The notes below the pieces were generated by a model that was not told the DNA's origin, searched no databases, and was given only the letters and a program-made list of their open reading frames with translations. DNA of 64,000 nucleotides from Cyanidioschyzon merolae (lineage: Eukaryota), in NCBI GenBank assembly GCA_000091205.1, contig AP006494.2; one strand, 5' to 3'. The first letter of the stretch is position 1. Every line of letters begins with the position of its first letter. The position numbers were made by a program, and so were the translations under genes. This document shows positions 45,195 to 56,681 of the stretch, one piece after another.

Positions 45195-46322
45195 GCCTGT
45201 TACGCGAGGAACGCTCGCTCCGCTTCCCGCGCCTTGACACATCTCGTCACGCAACGATTCGTACGAGCTGTGGACGAAGGGATGCCAGCTGCTCATGTTT
45301 CTCTTCAGCGTCTCGATCAAACCTGCACGCGACAGCACAAGTGATGCTCGTTGCAGCAGATGCGATGAGCCCTGGTCGTGGAACCTGAGGGTTGCACAGT
45401 CGCCTCCCAGCGTCTGCTGACGAGTGGACGCGTTGGCTAGTTGCTGCGTCGCATCGCTGCTTCAGGAATCCATACGTCTGCAACGCACATGCCAAAACGT
45501 ATCGAGCCTAGCCCAGCAATCGTGTGCAGATCGCTGCGGGGCGCTTCATGAGGCGCACCCTGCCGCCGATGTCCTCGTTGCACCCGGGCCTCACTGGCCC
45601 GAAACAATGCGGAAAGCTAAAAGGGACGCTACACTCTAGATCGTAAAGAAGCGTCGAAATAGCGCTCGCGGATGATCTCGTGGCAGGTGCACACGATACC
45701 GCGCTGCTGTCGCCTCTGACTTTGACTCGACGGAGGCTAGAAGCGAGCAGTCGCCAACTTGCTCGATAAGCTGGAGAAGCGAACGACCGAGGAGTCGCGT
45801 CGATTGTTGCTTGCCTACGCAAACGGACGTGCTGGTGCGTCCGCGTGTCGCACACCAGCGCCCTCGACGGGAGCGTCCAGCGAGTACACAGGGATCGCAG
45901 CTGGGCGATTTCCCTGCAAGCGTTCGCGACGATACGGAAGCATCACGAGCGGGTGTGCGCAGCGATGCTCGCCGAGAAGCCAATCGTGAAACAGAGCCAG
46001 CTGCACGAGATGGTGCACGGTACGCTGGGCGGGCGCCAGACTGCGAGGGAATCAAAGGCGGGCCTCCCTGTACAGTGCGAGTCGACGAGCAACAACGCAG
46101 ACAGGCGCTCGCTGCACCGAGACCCGAACGCCTCGATCAGCATATGGACGAGTCACGTGCTTCCTGCGCGTCCAGCGGCGTTGTGTGGAACCATTCTTTG
46201 AGGTGATCGTTCCGTACACAGTCTAGACATTGTGCTGAAACGCTCAAGTCTATCGATGAGGAGAAATCGATTGCCAACAGAGAGAGCACGGAATGACCCA
46301 TCGGGGGCAGGGCGCTGGTACG
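45195..46322. repeat. dispersed repeat family B, copy 1 (about 1.13 kb)
   Basis: About 99% identical to 55029..56157 in the same orientation (offset 9,834 bp). At least six ORF-track peptides are duplicated verbatim (for example 45247..45495 = 55082..55330). Starts at gcctgttacgcgaggaacgctcgc and ends at ggcgctggtacgg. No recognisable protein domain. Confidence 0.85.
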
Positions 46323-46694
46323 GTACGCGTCGACCATGCATCAAACCTGGACCAACATGGACATATACATACCTGGAACAATATCCTACCCTATCCGTGA
46401 ACGATCATCGTGTCCCAGTATTCGACATTCATGCATATACCGTAAAACTGCACGCTTGGATAGTGCCTTTGGCCTTCAATCCATGCAAGCATCGGAACGG
46501 CATCCAGCGAGAGCTCAAGATGGCGCCTCACGTGCAAAGCACGAAGGACTGCAATGCGGACAGCAGGCTGGGCGCTGTCCACCGCGCGTTCCTGCCAGCT
46601 GCGCAAGCGCCGCCATCGGCTCGAGCTGCAATCTCCACACACGTGCGCGTACCGTAGCGCTGGAAAATGTTCGGTCAGTGTTCTGGGCGCCGCT

Positions 46695-48341
46695 ATGTCG
46701 AGTGTCCTGGAAGACTTTGGTAACGTTCTTGATTCAAGTCGTTGTGGGTATTGTGGTGACAATGAGCAATGTACAGATAATACTGAAGGAGAGCGCTGCG
46801 GGAGTCTCGCAGCGCATACCGAGCGTCGAAGGCGGCGTCTCCGGGGAGCGCTGTGGGCGCATCGCCTTCGCCTCGAGGACTACCGCGTGCTCATGGACCA
46901 TGGTTGGCGCCGTTCTGGTTGCTTCTTGTATTATCCAGATAACGATCATGGGTGCTGTCCACAGTACGCTGTTCGAGTGCCGCTATGGGATTTTGAACTG
47001 ACTCGCTCTCAACGACGCGTGCTGCGACGCTGGCAAAACTTTGTCTCGGTGCAAGGCGACCTCGCAGAACGTTGTTTCATTTTCTACGGTTTGACCATTA
47101 GCTCCAATTTGGAGAGCGCGAAACCATTACCTAGCGCAAAGCTGAACAAGACCGAACTGCAGCCTGTGGCCCCAAAACCCGTTGATGACCGTCTGGAGCA
47201 GTTGCGAATACACCTGGAACCGTCTCTGCAGCGAGTCCCGGTGAAAAGACGGCAAGTGAGTGGAGGCGCCCATTTCACCACCGCCATCGCCTGGAAACTC
47301 GCTTACGAGCATCGAACTTTTGTGACGCAAGAAGCAGAGCAACTCGCAGCCCGTCTCTGGGATCGAGGTGCAGCTCAGTTGGGGATCACCAGGATGGAGG
47401 TCTCCAACGGACACGTGAACCTTTACGATAGTCTGACGCAGAGCGCTACAGAGACGGAATGCCGAAGCTCCAGGAATCCATGCGCTCGTGCGGAACTGCC
47501 CGATAAACCCATTCGCTCGAAACCGGTACTCCGGATGGAGTTGCTCCCAGCAGCGTATCGCGAGGATGCTTTTCATTTATATTGCAAATATCAACGGCGG
47601 GTCCACGGCGACACAGACGAAGAGCTCAAGCCAGATCGATATAGTCGTTTTCTCGTCGAGCATCCTTTTCACGACGACGGAAAAGGTCGGCGACTCGGTG
47701 TCTCCCATCTCCATTTTTACATCGATGATGTGCTTGTCATTGTGAGCGTTCTCGACATGCTACCGGGTTATTTATCGAGCAAGTACTGTTTCTACGATCC
47801 TGACCTTCCGTCTCGTTTATCGCCTGGCATATTTGCCGCGTTATGTGAAATCCAACTGGCATGGACACACCTGGGCGCCAGTCATTATTACCTTGGGTAC
47901 TACATCCATAGCTGTAGCAAAATGCGGTACAAGGTCTCCTTTCGCAAGGCGCAACTTCTTTGTGGTCACTGCTTTCGATGGCAACCGTTCGCGAATGTTG
48001 CTCGTGACGCTCTCGATCGGGACGAGCATTGCGTTGGCTTCTGCAATAGATCCAGAGCAGCTACGGCTACGGATGATGCGAACGGTGCTCCTGGTGTTGG
48101 CGTTCGTGGTGTGGAGGAGCGTCATTCACGAGCCGCCGACGCCCGACTCGAGAAAGTCTTGGTTTGGCTGCTGGACGCTTCGGGTTGCTCCGCGGCATTG
48201 GCACCACAGCCGTTGTCGAGCGTGGAAACCGTCGAGCTCAGGGAGCGAATCCGTGCGGCTCTGCAGCGCTTGGCCGCAATGGTTCCTCCCAGCTTCTTGG
48301 AACGAATCATATACCTTCCGCCAAGGCAGGTGTTTTCCTAG
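46695..48341 (+). CDS. ATE1: arginyl-tRNA-protein transferase (ATE1)
   Basis: N-terminal domain CGYCGDNEQC...HGWRRSGCFLYYPDNDHGCCPQYAVRV. C-terminal domain HYYLGYYIHSCSKMRYKVSFRKAQLLCG. The in-frame ATG at 46695 is chosen. The ORF begins at ATG 46554, but its first 47 aa are not ATE1-like. Confidence 0.85.
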   Translation: MSSVLEDFGNVLDSSRCGYCGDNEQCTDNTEGERCGSLAAHTERRRRRLRGALWAHRLRLEDYRVLMDHGWRRSGCFLYYPDNDHGCCPQYAVRVPLWDFELTRSQRRVLRRWQNFVSVQGDLAERCFIFYGLTISSNLESAKPLPSAKLNKTELQPVAPKPVDDRLEQLRIHLEPSLQRVPVKRRQVSGGAHFTTAIAWKLAYEHRTFVTQEAEQLAARLWDRGAAQLGITRMEVSNGHVNLYDSLTQSATETECRSSRNPCARAELPDKPIRSKPVLRMELLPAAYREDAFHLYCKYQRRVHGDTDEELKPDRYSRFLVEHPFHDDGKGRRLGVSHLHFYIDDVLVIVSVLDMLPGYLSSKYCFYDPDLPSRLSPGIFAALCEIQLAWTHLGASHYYLGYYIHSCSKMRYKVSFRKAQLLCGHCFRWQPFANVARDALDRDEHCVGFCNRSRAATATDDANGAPGVGVRGVEERHSRAADARLEKVLVWLLDASGCSAALAPQPLSSVETVELRERIRAALQRLAAMVPPSFLERIIYLPPRQVFS

Positions 48342-50560
48342 AGCAGCTCGCTTGCCAATTTGCTGAGCTCGCTACGTTCGCCTTTTTCTAATGTTACGTG
48401 TGCATAAAGTGATTGTCCCTTCATTCGTTCGATCAAATAAGAGAGACCATTGCTATGTCCATCAACATAGGGGTTGTCGATCTGATGAAGATCGCCGCAG
48501 AGAACCACTTTGGTCCCTTCGCCAGCTCGGGTTATGATCGTTTTGACCTCATGTGGGGTTAGGTTTTGGCTCTCGTCCACGATCAGAAACGTACGACTGA
48601 GCGATCGTCCTCGGATGTACGCCAGGGCCGCGATTTTGATCCGCTCGCTTGCCATCATATCATCGATCTCGCGGCTGCGCGCGGTGGGCACAACTTTGCC
48701 ATTATCTTTGGTGTGCAAATGCGCAGCTTTGATGACGCCGAGATTGTCGTAGAGTGGCTGCATGTAGGGCGCGAGTTTTTCGTCCAAGTCGCCTGGGAGG
48801 AAGCCGACATCGCGGTTGCCCAATGGGACAATAGGTCGCGAGACGAATATCTGCTCGTAAAAGCCGCGACTCGTCATTTCCAGAGCGGCAGCCAGACAGA
48901 GCAGGGTTTTCCCGGTGCCAGCGACGCCGCATATGGTGACCAGCGGTATCGATGGGTCTAATAGGACGCGCAGCGCGAAGGTTTGCTCCGCGTTACGCGG
49001 CATGATTCCGTATGCTGAGACTCGATCAACTCGCTGAAATGTGAAATCACCGCAATCCTTGGACATCGCGAATGTAGCAAGCACCGAGCTCGACGCATTT
49101 CGAAGGATGAAATGCTCGTTCGGAAGGGGCTTCATTGCGAACGAATCTTCAGCAGTAGCAGCAGGAGCAGCAGCACTTGCTGCTTGCGGTGCGCAAGTTC
49201 CGTCGGGTGCGACATCATTCTCTTTTGACGCTGCTGGGTTCGCGAGGCTCCGCTTGTGCATGATTTGTTGTCCGAGCCAATGTATAGCGCTCCGCGCGGT
49301 CTCTGATGGAACAAATCCGACATCGTTGGTGGATTTCTCAGCACAACATGCACTGGCGTGTGATCGCATGAGCGAAGTGAACTCCGCTGCGGTCAGTCCT
49401 TCTGCTCGCCCAACTAGCGCTTCGATCAGTTCGTTCGGTACGTTTTCGATAAGTCGCTGGCCTAAATATAGCTTGCTAATGCTCTCAACCCGATCCTGTT
49501 CGTAGTCTTCGGCATGGAGGCCCAACGCACGAGCCTTCATGCGCAGGTTCACATCCTTGGTGACTAGGACCACACGCTCGTAAAGCAACCGCTGGCCCGC
49601 ATGGTTTGTTTGCAACACCGATCCATACACGGAATCGGTGAGCTCGCCTTCCTCCGGAGGCGGCGTCCACGTTGGTGGCTCAGCCGACTCTGCAACAGCA
49701 AGCGCGTGGACAGAAGCCAGTATCCGCATGTCGGGGCTGTCGTAGAAAAAAAGGCGCTCCATGCGAGCATCTCTGCAATGGAGCGAAATACGCACCGATC
49801 CGTGCTCGGCATTCTCCTTGTTCAGCGGGACGCCCTGAACTAACCAGTCTCGAGAAGACGGTGAAGCGGCCGTAAGATTCCAGTCTCCAGTCCCGGAACC
49901 ATCTCGCGCGGAAAATTTGCTCCCCCGCAGGTGCGCGCTTGCGCAGTCTTTCGATTCTGCGGCAGGCTGGTCGTTCCGCGCAGCACGGCTGTGAAGTATA
50001 GTCATTTCGTCGAGCATCCGCAGAAACTCTCGAGCGTGAAAATGAATCTCCTCGTTCCCACGCTTAAACTTATCCAGCTCTTCTAGAACGGTGATTGGCA
50101 AACAAATATCGTGATGACCAAACCGCCACAGGCATGAAGAGTCGTGCAGAATAACGTTCGTATCCAGGACGTAGAGCCGGCGCCCGAGGAGAATCGGCGG
50201 TGTTCGATGCATCCCTTGCTCCCCGTTTGCGCTAGCGGAGGCGACATCTTCTGCTGCTTCTGGTCCGCGTTTTCGTGCCGAACGTTCACGGTACTGCTGT
50301 ACAATGCCACCGAACCCGACCCCAGAGCCAACCGGAACCACGCCGTGCAGCGCAACTGCACGACCGATGTAGCGCATATCGCGGGGACCACCGCCTCGAC
50401 CAGACGAGGCGTACACGTGTCCAGGACGCGTGAATGTGCGACAGGAGTGCCGGGTTCGGCTGCGGAGGCCCCGACCTGGAAGCGGGCTTGTACTTCGGAA
50501 CGGCACCGCTTGACCTCCGTGTACGCTCGTGCAGCTGTACGCAATCAGCGGTCGAGCCAT
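48338..50560 (-). CDS. PIN-domain + PhoH-like ATPase fusion (PhoH2/YlaK-type) with an N-terminal extension of about 115 aa
   Basis: ATG verified at 50560. PIN domain: YVLDTNVILHDSSCL...ICLPITVLEELDKFK. PhoH/P-loop: VTICGVAGTGKTLL, IVDESQNLTPHEVKTIITRAGEGTKVVLCGDLHQIDNPYVD, YAHVTLEKGERSELSKLAS. The stop codon overlaps the ATE1 stop on the opposite strand (CTAG at 48338-48341). Confidence 0.85.
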   Translation of the reverse strand: MARPLIAYSCTSVHGGQAVPFRSTSPLPGRGLRSRTRHSCRTFTRPGHVYASSGRGGGPRDMRYIGRAVALHGVVPVGSGVGFGGIVQQYRERSARKRGPEAAEDVASASANGEQGMHRTPPILLGRRLYVLDTNVILHDSSCLWRFGHHDICLPITVLEELDKFKRGNEEIHFHAREFLRMLDEMTILHSRAARNDQPAAESKDCASAHLRGSKFSARDGSGTGDWNLTAASPSSRDWLVQGVPLNKENAEHGSVRISLHCRDARMERLFFYDSPDMRILASVHALAVAESAEPPTWTPPPEEGELTDSVYGSVLQTNHAGQRLLYERVVLVTKDVNLRMKARALGLHAEDYEQDRVESISKLYLGQRLIENVPNELIEALVGRAEGLTAAEFTSLMRSHASACCAEKSTNDVGFVPSETARSAIHWLGQQIMHKRSLANPAASKENDVAPDGTCAPQAASAAAPAATAEDSFAMKPLPNEHFILRNASSSVLATFAMSKDCGDFTFQRVDRVSAYGIMPRNAEQTFALRVLLDPSIPLVTICGVAGTGKTLLCLAAALEMTSRGFYEQIFVSRPIVPLGNRDVGFLPGDLDEKLAPYMQPLYDNLGVIKAAHLHTKDNGKVVPTARSREIDDMMASERIKIAALAYIRGRSLSRTFLIVDESQNLTPHEVKTIITRAGEGTKVVLCGDLHQIDNPYVDGHSNGLSYLIERMKGQSLYAHVTLEKGERSELSKLASELL

Positions 50561-50715
50561 CGTTGTGCCTTCGCACGAGCACGCTTTTCAATTCCGCAGT
50601 TACTGAGGCTCACTGCCAAAAGACAAAGCTTCTAAAGTGCTTCTATACTGCAAGAAGAAGTCTGCGTGCCCGCAGCGGGCAGGCGTGCAACGTGCGTACC
50701 CTACTTCAAGAGGAG

Positions 50716-50730
50716 CACACACACACACAC
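50716..50730. repeat. (CA)n microsatellite
   Basis: Direct read: cacacacacacacac. Confidence 0.8.
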
Positions 50731-51399
50731 AAGCCTCGGCAACGAATCGCTGAAGCGCGCGCATGGACCACTGTCGGGTGACGAGCTTCGCATCTTCGCG
50801 CCTGGATTATGAACCTGTACATCAAGGACATTCGCATGACGTTGCGCGCTCGCCAGCCACAACACGCTGCAAGTCCGTTGCGTGCGCTCCCGGCGTTGTG
50901 CATAGCGTGATGTACGAGGGCGCTTCACCACGAGGAACGCGCGGTGAGTGAAATACGATGCCCCTAGGCAGTGCTATGTATTGGTGGTGTTTTGCGGATC
51001 TTGGGTGTCCGGTGCGGCACGATGGCTGTTTCTGGCGACGTCGATAACCAGTGCGCACCCTGTGATTGACGACTCTGCGCAAAGAAACCTCCATCGAATA
51101 CGTCATGCATCTTGTTCCTGAAGACGCGGCCCTTTCGAGTACCAAAGGCTAGGGCGGACCCCGTATCTAGCATGGTGTGTTCGGAGTCTGGCCAGCGCAC
51201 CTCATTGATTCATATGCTCGCTGAATTCCGACGTGGTGATCATTCTGGACCTCATAGAGCTCGCAGACCTTTTGAACAGAATCATATTTTAGGCCATTGA
51301 AGGCGGCTGCGAGCGTCAATACCGTGGTAACTTGCAACGTTCACCGACGCGCACCATGACGCATACCGGGGAGCGGCGCACGTTGTCGCCGCGCGCAGT

Positions 51400-52833
51400 A
51401 TGGAAAGCTGTGACCGTTTGTACCAGATATATACAGAATCGAATGACCCGTTCACTGCGCCTGCGCCTCAATCCGCATCATTGACATCACGCGCTCTTGC
51501 AGTAACGATGATGAGACTTGAGGCTCGGTCCATGAAACCCTGCACGCTAGACGGAGCGAGTGATCCAGACCTACAACGAGCCAATGAAGCTTTCGTGTGG
51601 TCGACCGCACCCGGTGGTGAACGAGCAACTGGCGCTGTCCAGCGCAGAGAGTCGTACACTAGGCAGCGCCACTGGCCGCGTCCGTGGCGTCCCGCATTGA
51701 GCGCGGACAACTGGCGCAAGTGTCGTTTCAGTGCCGCAAGGGGAAGCCCGTTTCTATCTGGGAGTGCACGTGCACTCGAGACTTCGTTGCACAGCCGCTA
51801 CCCTGCGTTGAACAGTGCTGTTCCAGGTGGCCACGTGTCTATGCAGTATGGGCAGGCTGCGACTGCACGAGACGCGAACGAGGCCCGTACCGGCGTCTAC
51901 CAACCTAGCATAGAAGCAAAGCTTAAAACACTAACTGAAAAGGTTAAACTTGCGTGTGTGCAGTGCAGAGCGCCGCTGGAACTAGATAGCGCTAATCGTT
52001 TGCGCTGCCCGAACGGTCACGGCGAGGCGAGCTGGATTCAGGTCAGCGAAAAGAGCAGAGGTGGCGGCTTTTGGGACCTGACACCGCAAAGGTTCCGCTA
52101 CAACGTAGATGAACGTCCTCGAGGACCTTCTGTGGAACTTCGTCGAGACCTCTTCCAGAGCCCTTTCGTCGCCTTTTTGTACGAGCGTGGGTGGCGAGAC
52201 CAGTTCCGATCTTCGGGATTTCCCGGCCCCGATGCTGAGTTTCGCATCGTTCAGAGCTTTTTCAAGGGCGCAAACTGCGTTATGGATCTAAGCTGTGGTT
52301 CCGGACTTTTTACTCGTCGCCTTGCGGCTAGCGGGGATTTTGACCACGTCATCGCTGTGGACTACTCAGAGGCAATGCTGCGCGAGTTGGTCGAACGAGC
52401 GGAGCGCGAGCCGCTACCTGAACGCATCGGTGGCGGCTTTGTGTCTGATCGTATCACTGGCATCATTCGCGCTGACGTGGAGCGTTTACCTTTCGCCAAT
52501 GAGTCTATCGACTGTATTCACGCTGGTGCTGCGTTGCACTGCTGGCCCTGCGTCCAGGACGGACTCCATGAAGTGTATCGGATTTTGCGGCCCAGCAAGG
52601 GGCCAGGCTCCGGTCGTTTTCTGGCAACGACATTCCTGTGGTCGACGTCGCCGTTTGGACTCGCGGTCCGTGAAGGTCGTCTGCTTAGCCCGAGCGCCGG
52701 GTATCGCTTCTTCGATGCAAAAGAACTTGAGTGGCTTGTGAAGAGCGCTGGTTTCGAGCGGGTAGAAATTGAGGTGATTCGTCAATGTGCGATCATTCGT
52801 GCCTGGAAAGAACCGAGGGCACGGCACGGATAG
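51400..52833 (+). CDS. class I SAM-dependent methyltransferase with an N-terminal zinc ribbon, RlmA (23S rRNA m1G)-like; N-terminal extension of about 190 aa
   Basis: ATG verified at 51400. Zinc ribbon CVQCRAPLELDSANRLRCPNGH. SAM motif I VMDLSCGSGLFTRRL. Post I/II AVDYSEAML...RADVERLPFANESIDCIHAGAALHCWP. The architecture (Zn ribbon followed by Methyltransf_11) matches RlmA/RrmA. Confidence 0.7.
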   Translation: MESCDRLYQIYTESNDPFTAPAPQSASLTSRALAVTMMRLEARSMKPCTLDGASDPDLQRANEAFVWSTAPGGERATGAVQRRESYTRQRHWPRPWRPALSADNWRKCRFSAARGSPFLSGSARALETSLHSRYPALNSAVPGGHVSMQYGQAATARDANEARTGVYQPSIEAKLKTLTEKVKLACVQCRAPLELDSANRLRCPNGHGEASWIQVSEKSRGGGFWDLTPQRFRYNVDERPRGPSVELRRDLFQSPFVAFLYERGWRDQFRSSGFPGPDAEFRIVQSFFKGANCVMDLSCGSGLFTRRLAASGDFDHVIAVDYSEAMLRELVERAEREPLPERIGGGFVSDRITGIIRADVERLPFANESIDCIHAGAALHCWPCVQDGLHEVYRILRPSKGPGSGRFLATTFLWSTSPFGLAVREGRLLSPSAGYRFFDAKELEWLVKSAGFERVEIEVIRQCAIIRAWKEPRARHG

Positions 52834-55028
52834 CGGTGCACCACTACAAATAGATCTGTGAGGCGTATTCATGTAGCGTTCTCGCGCTTGAAGAGCGAAG
52901 TGCCATGCGGTGCGAGACTAGGGCGAGAAACCGTTTACATGAGCGGTATTCCGGATGACACCCAGTGGGTTTTACAGTGAGTCTCCGATCAACATGATCT
53001 GAAGCACGCAATGCTGAAATAGCCAGCAATACTGCGAATTAGAGGCGGGATCCTTGAAGGATGCTCTTCCAAGCGCGACCTGTATGTGATTGGGTGCGTT
53101 CGTAGCTGCTCGTTGTATCCTCGTGTATAAATGTATATATCGGGAGTTTATCTGTGCGCACATAATGGAGCGACACAGGGCGGGCTTTAAGCCGTTCATG
53201 CCTTCGGGAGAGAACGACAGCCTGAACTGGTCGACTGCCAGCTGCGAATGGCACGGAACTTTCCGCGCTAACGACGGGGAGGGCGCAGGAACCACGTCTC
53301 CTAGGCACGCAGGCCGGGATCGAAGAGTAGGACTGGGATCGCGGATCGGTGCCCTACGGTTTCGATGACGTCCCAGATTTGGAAATCGTGAAACATGCTC
53401 TGAGAATCAACTTGGAACGCTCGTGTCGCCTTGCTTACCGCGAATTTCTCGACATGAAAGACGACGCTAGTGTCGTGGCGGGCGCATGAACCTGGGCGCC
53501 GATCATGAAGGGCGTGTAATGAGCAACCAGGCGGTATATCAGCTAGACGAGCAGGCCTCGGCAAGTCAGGGAACGCGTTCAAGACAAAGTACTCTGAACA
53601 TTTGCCGGCTATCACCGTGTAAGCGGATAGAACGCTGCTGTGCGTCGCTGGGGATTCTGACGAGTGGCAAGCTTGTGTGTGGTTTATCATCGATGCCGCA
53701 GTCGGATGTATACTCAGCCCGGCGAATTCTGGAATGCCCGCACAAATACGCATTCATCAGAATTTGTTTCTTTTCAAGCCGGTATTCGACGAACGGGATA
53801 TCCCGAGCATTGGAGGCAGATTGCAGAACGGCTTCATGCAGTCACTGCTACCTTCGGAAAACGTCCATACTTCTACAAGGGAATCATTCCACGCTCAGCA
53901 GGTGGATAACAGACCCGTCTCGTAGTCCCTATGATGAACGCCGGGCTCTAAATCCAGCAAGTATCGAACACTATGTACGCGATATTCTCCTCGTTAGTCG
54001 ACTCCATTCCGTTCTGAAGGATCTCTAGGAAACGCTATCAGCGAAGCGACAGGATGTGGACGATTCTTCCCGTTGATATGTCCGATAATGAAGCGACACG
54101 GATGGACAATGAAAAAGCCCGCTTCTATGGAAGACCATCGCGCCTTGAACGATGCACTATGGACCTTGCATTGAAGTGCGAACGCTTGTGATATGAGGGA
54201 GCTTGGTTCGTCTCACTCGAAGAGACGTCATTCGGGGCCAATGGTATACCTGCACATCGGTATTCGAAGAGCTGCATACGGTTGTTCTCGTTGAGGACAT
54301 GGGCGAGTATTTCGAAAACATGCGGCGATGCAATTGTGTGATCTCCGAAAATATCCTGTAAATCGCCAGACGTTCGGGTTTATTCAACAACTTATCCTTT
54401 GTTGAGGCATTCTTCGTGGCTACTTCTTCCCGCTTTCTTTTCTTCTGCGCTTCGCCGACAACGTCGATTTTCATCCCTTGCGAGCGGCCAAGGAGTACGC
54501 AGCTGGACCTCGTGGCAAACTGCTCTTCCTGGCAGCCGCTTCCCATCGTTCCCGCCAGTCAAAGTTGCCTACTCTGTTGCCAAACGCAGTTTCTGCTCTC
54601 ATGAACCCATGGATGAGTTGTTCGTATCCGTCACGTCTGTCTTCGACCAGTCGCTCTGTACCTCCCGTAACCCTGAAATGCTCTGTTGCTGTTCTGCTTG
54701 TGCCCGGGAGGGAATGTTCGAAAGCGCAAGCATCGCTCTTACCGCCCAGCAGATGCATCTGAATCCCTGGGGGAAAACGGAGATATAAAATAGCTACCAA
54801 TACTATTACATCGCAGCAGGAAAAAAGCGGGCAAGAATGGAACACTATACAACTGCACTGGACAAGGACGAAAAAACGCTTCCGGAAAGAGGACGCTAAA
54901 GAACAACCAGGGAAAACTGCTGGAGCGGAATGACCAGTCTGAAACTGTTGTTATTGCCGCACTACAAAACCGCATCAACGGGAGTATCCTCCAGGACACG
55001 AAATGCGGGACGTCATGACGGAACGTGC

Positions 55029-56157
55029 AGCCTGTTACGCGAGGAACGCTCGCTCCGCTTCCCGTGCCCTGACACATCTCGTCACGCAACGATTCGTACG
55101 AGCTGTGGACGCAGGGATGCCAGCTGTTCATGTTTCTCTTCAGCGTCTCGATCAAACCTGCACGCGACAGCACAAGTGATGCTCGTTGCAGCAGATGCGA
55201 TGAGCCCTGGTCGTGGAACCTGAGGGTTGCACAGTCGCCTCCCAGCGTCTGCTGACGAGTGGACGCGTTGGCTAGTTGCTGCGTCGCATCGCTGCTTCAG
55301 GAATCCATACGTCTGCAACGCACATGCCAAAACGTATCGAGCCTAGCCCAGCAATCGTGTGCAGATCGCTGCGGGGCGCTTCATGAGGCGCACCCTGCCG
55401 CCGATGTCCTCGTTGCACCCGGGCCTCACTGGCCCGAAACAATGCGGAAAGCTAAAAGGGACGCTACACTCTAGATCGTAAAGAAGCGTCGAAATAGCGC
55501 TCGCGGATGATCTCGTGGCAGGTGCACACGATACCGCGCTGCTGTCGCCTCTGACTTTGACTCGACGGAGGCTAGAAGCGAGCAGTCGCCAACTTGCTCG
55601 ATAAGCTGGAGAAGCGATTGACCGAGGAGTCGCGTCGATTGGTGCTTGCCTACGCAAACGGACGTGCTGGTGCGTCCGCGTGTCGCACACCAGCGCCCTC
55701 GACGGGAGCGTCCAGCGAGTACACAGGGATCGCAGCTGGGCGATTTCCCTGCACGCGTTCGCGACGATACGGAAGCATCACGAGCGGGTGTGCGCAGCGA
55801 TGCTCGCCGAGAAGCCAATCGTGAAACAGAGCCAGCTGCACGAGATGGTGCACGGTACGCTGGGCGGGCGCCAGACTGCGAGGGAATCAAAGGCGGGCCT
55901 CCCTGTACAGTGCGAGTCGACGAGCAACAACGCAGGCAGGCGCTCGCTGCACCGAGACCCGAACGCCTCGATCAGCATATGGACGAGTCACGTGCTTCCT
56001 GCGCGTCCAGCGGCGATGTGTGGAACCATTCTTTGAGGTGATCGTTCCGTACACAGTCTAGACATTGTGCTGAAACGCTCAAGTCTATCGATGAGGAGAA
56101 ATCGATTGCCAACAGAGAGAGCACGGAATGACCCATCGGGAGCAGGGCGCTGGTACG
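55029..56157. repeat. dispersed repeat family B, copy 2
   Basis: See copy 1. About 10 mismatches over about 1.13 kb. Confidence 0.85.
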
Positions 56158-56681
56158 GGCCGAGTCAGCAATCCACCAAGTCTAAAGCATCTTATATACA
56201 CTCCAGGACCCATTCTTTTAGGGCATTGCCGAACGATAATTATCTTGCTCGATTATGGAACCACACCGACTATACTCGAGGCACCCGCGGTGCATCATTG
56301 TGCTCTACCACTAGGTGCCGCGTTGATTGCACATGCTGCATCGCGATGCTCGTGATTCCATGAACGAGGCCCCGCTCCAAAGCGACCTTCGCAGCGTCGC
56401 CTCAGAGAGCCGCTACCGCGCGCTAAAGCATGCCGACACCTATCGTTCAACGCGGGCTCCCTGACCACCACCATGTCAACGTTCCGTCCAAGAACACTCG
56501 TACGCTGAACAAGTCTCGGGCATTGGCGCACGATCTATGTCCTTCTTGTACTGGTTTGTACAGATAGCGGACGTTGATTGCTTGCGCACTGACGCGTTTG
56601 CGTCACCGAGATTCCACTATCATCGTTTTTAGTCTACGATGCGGTGTTCTCTGGCTTCACGGGTGTTGCAGGTCTAGGGCT

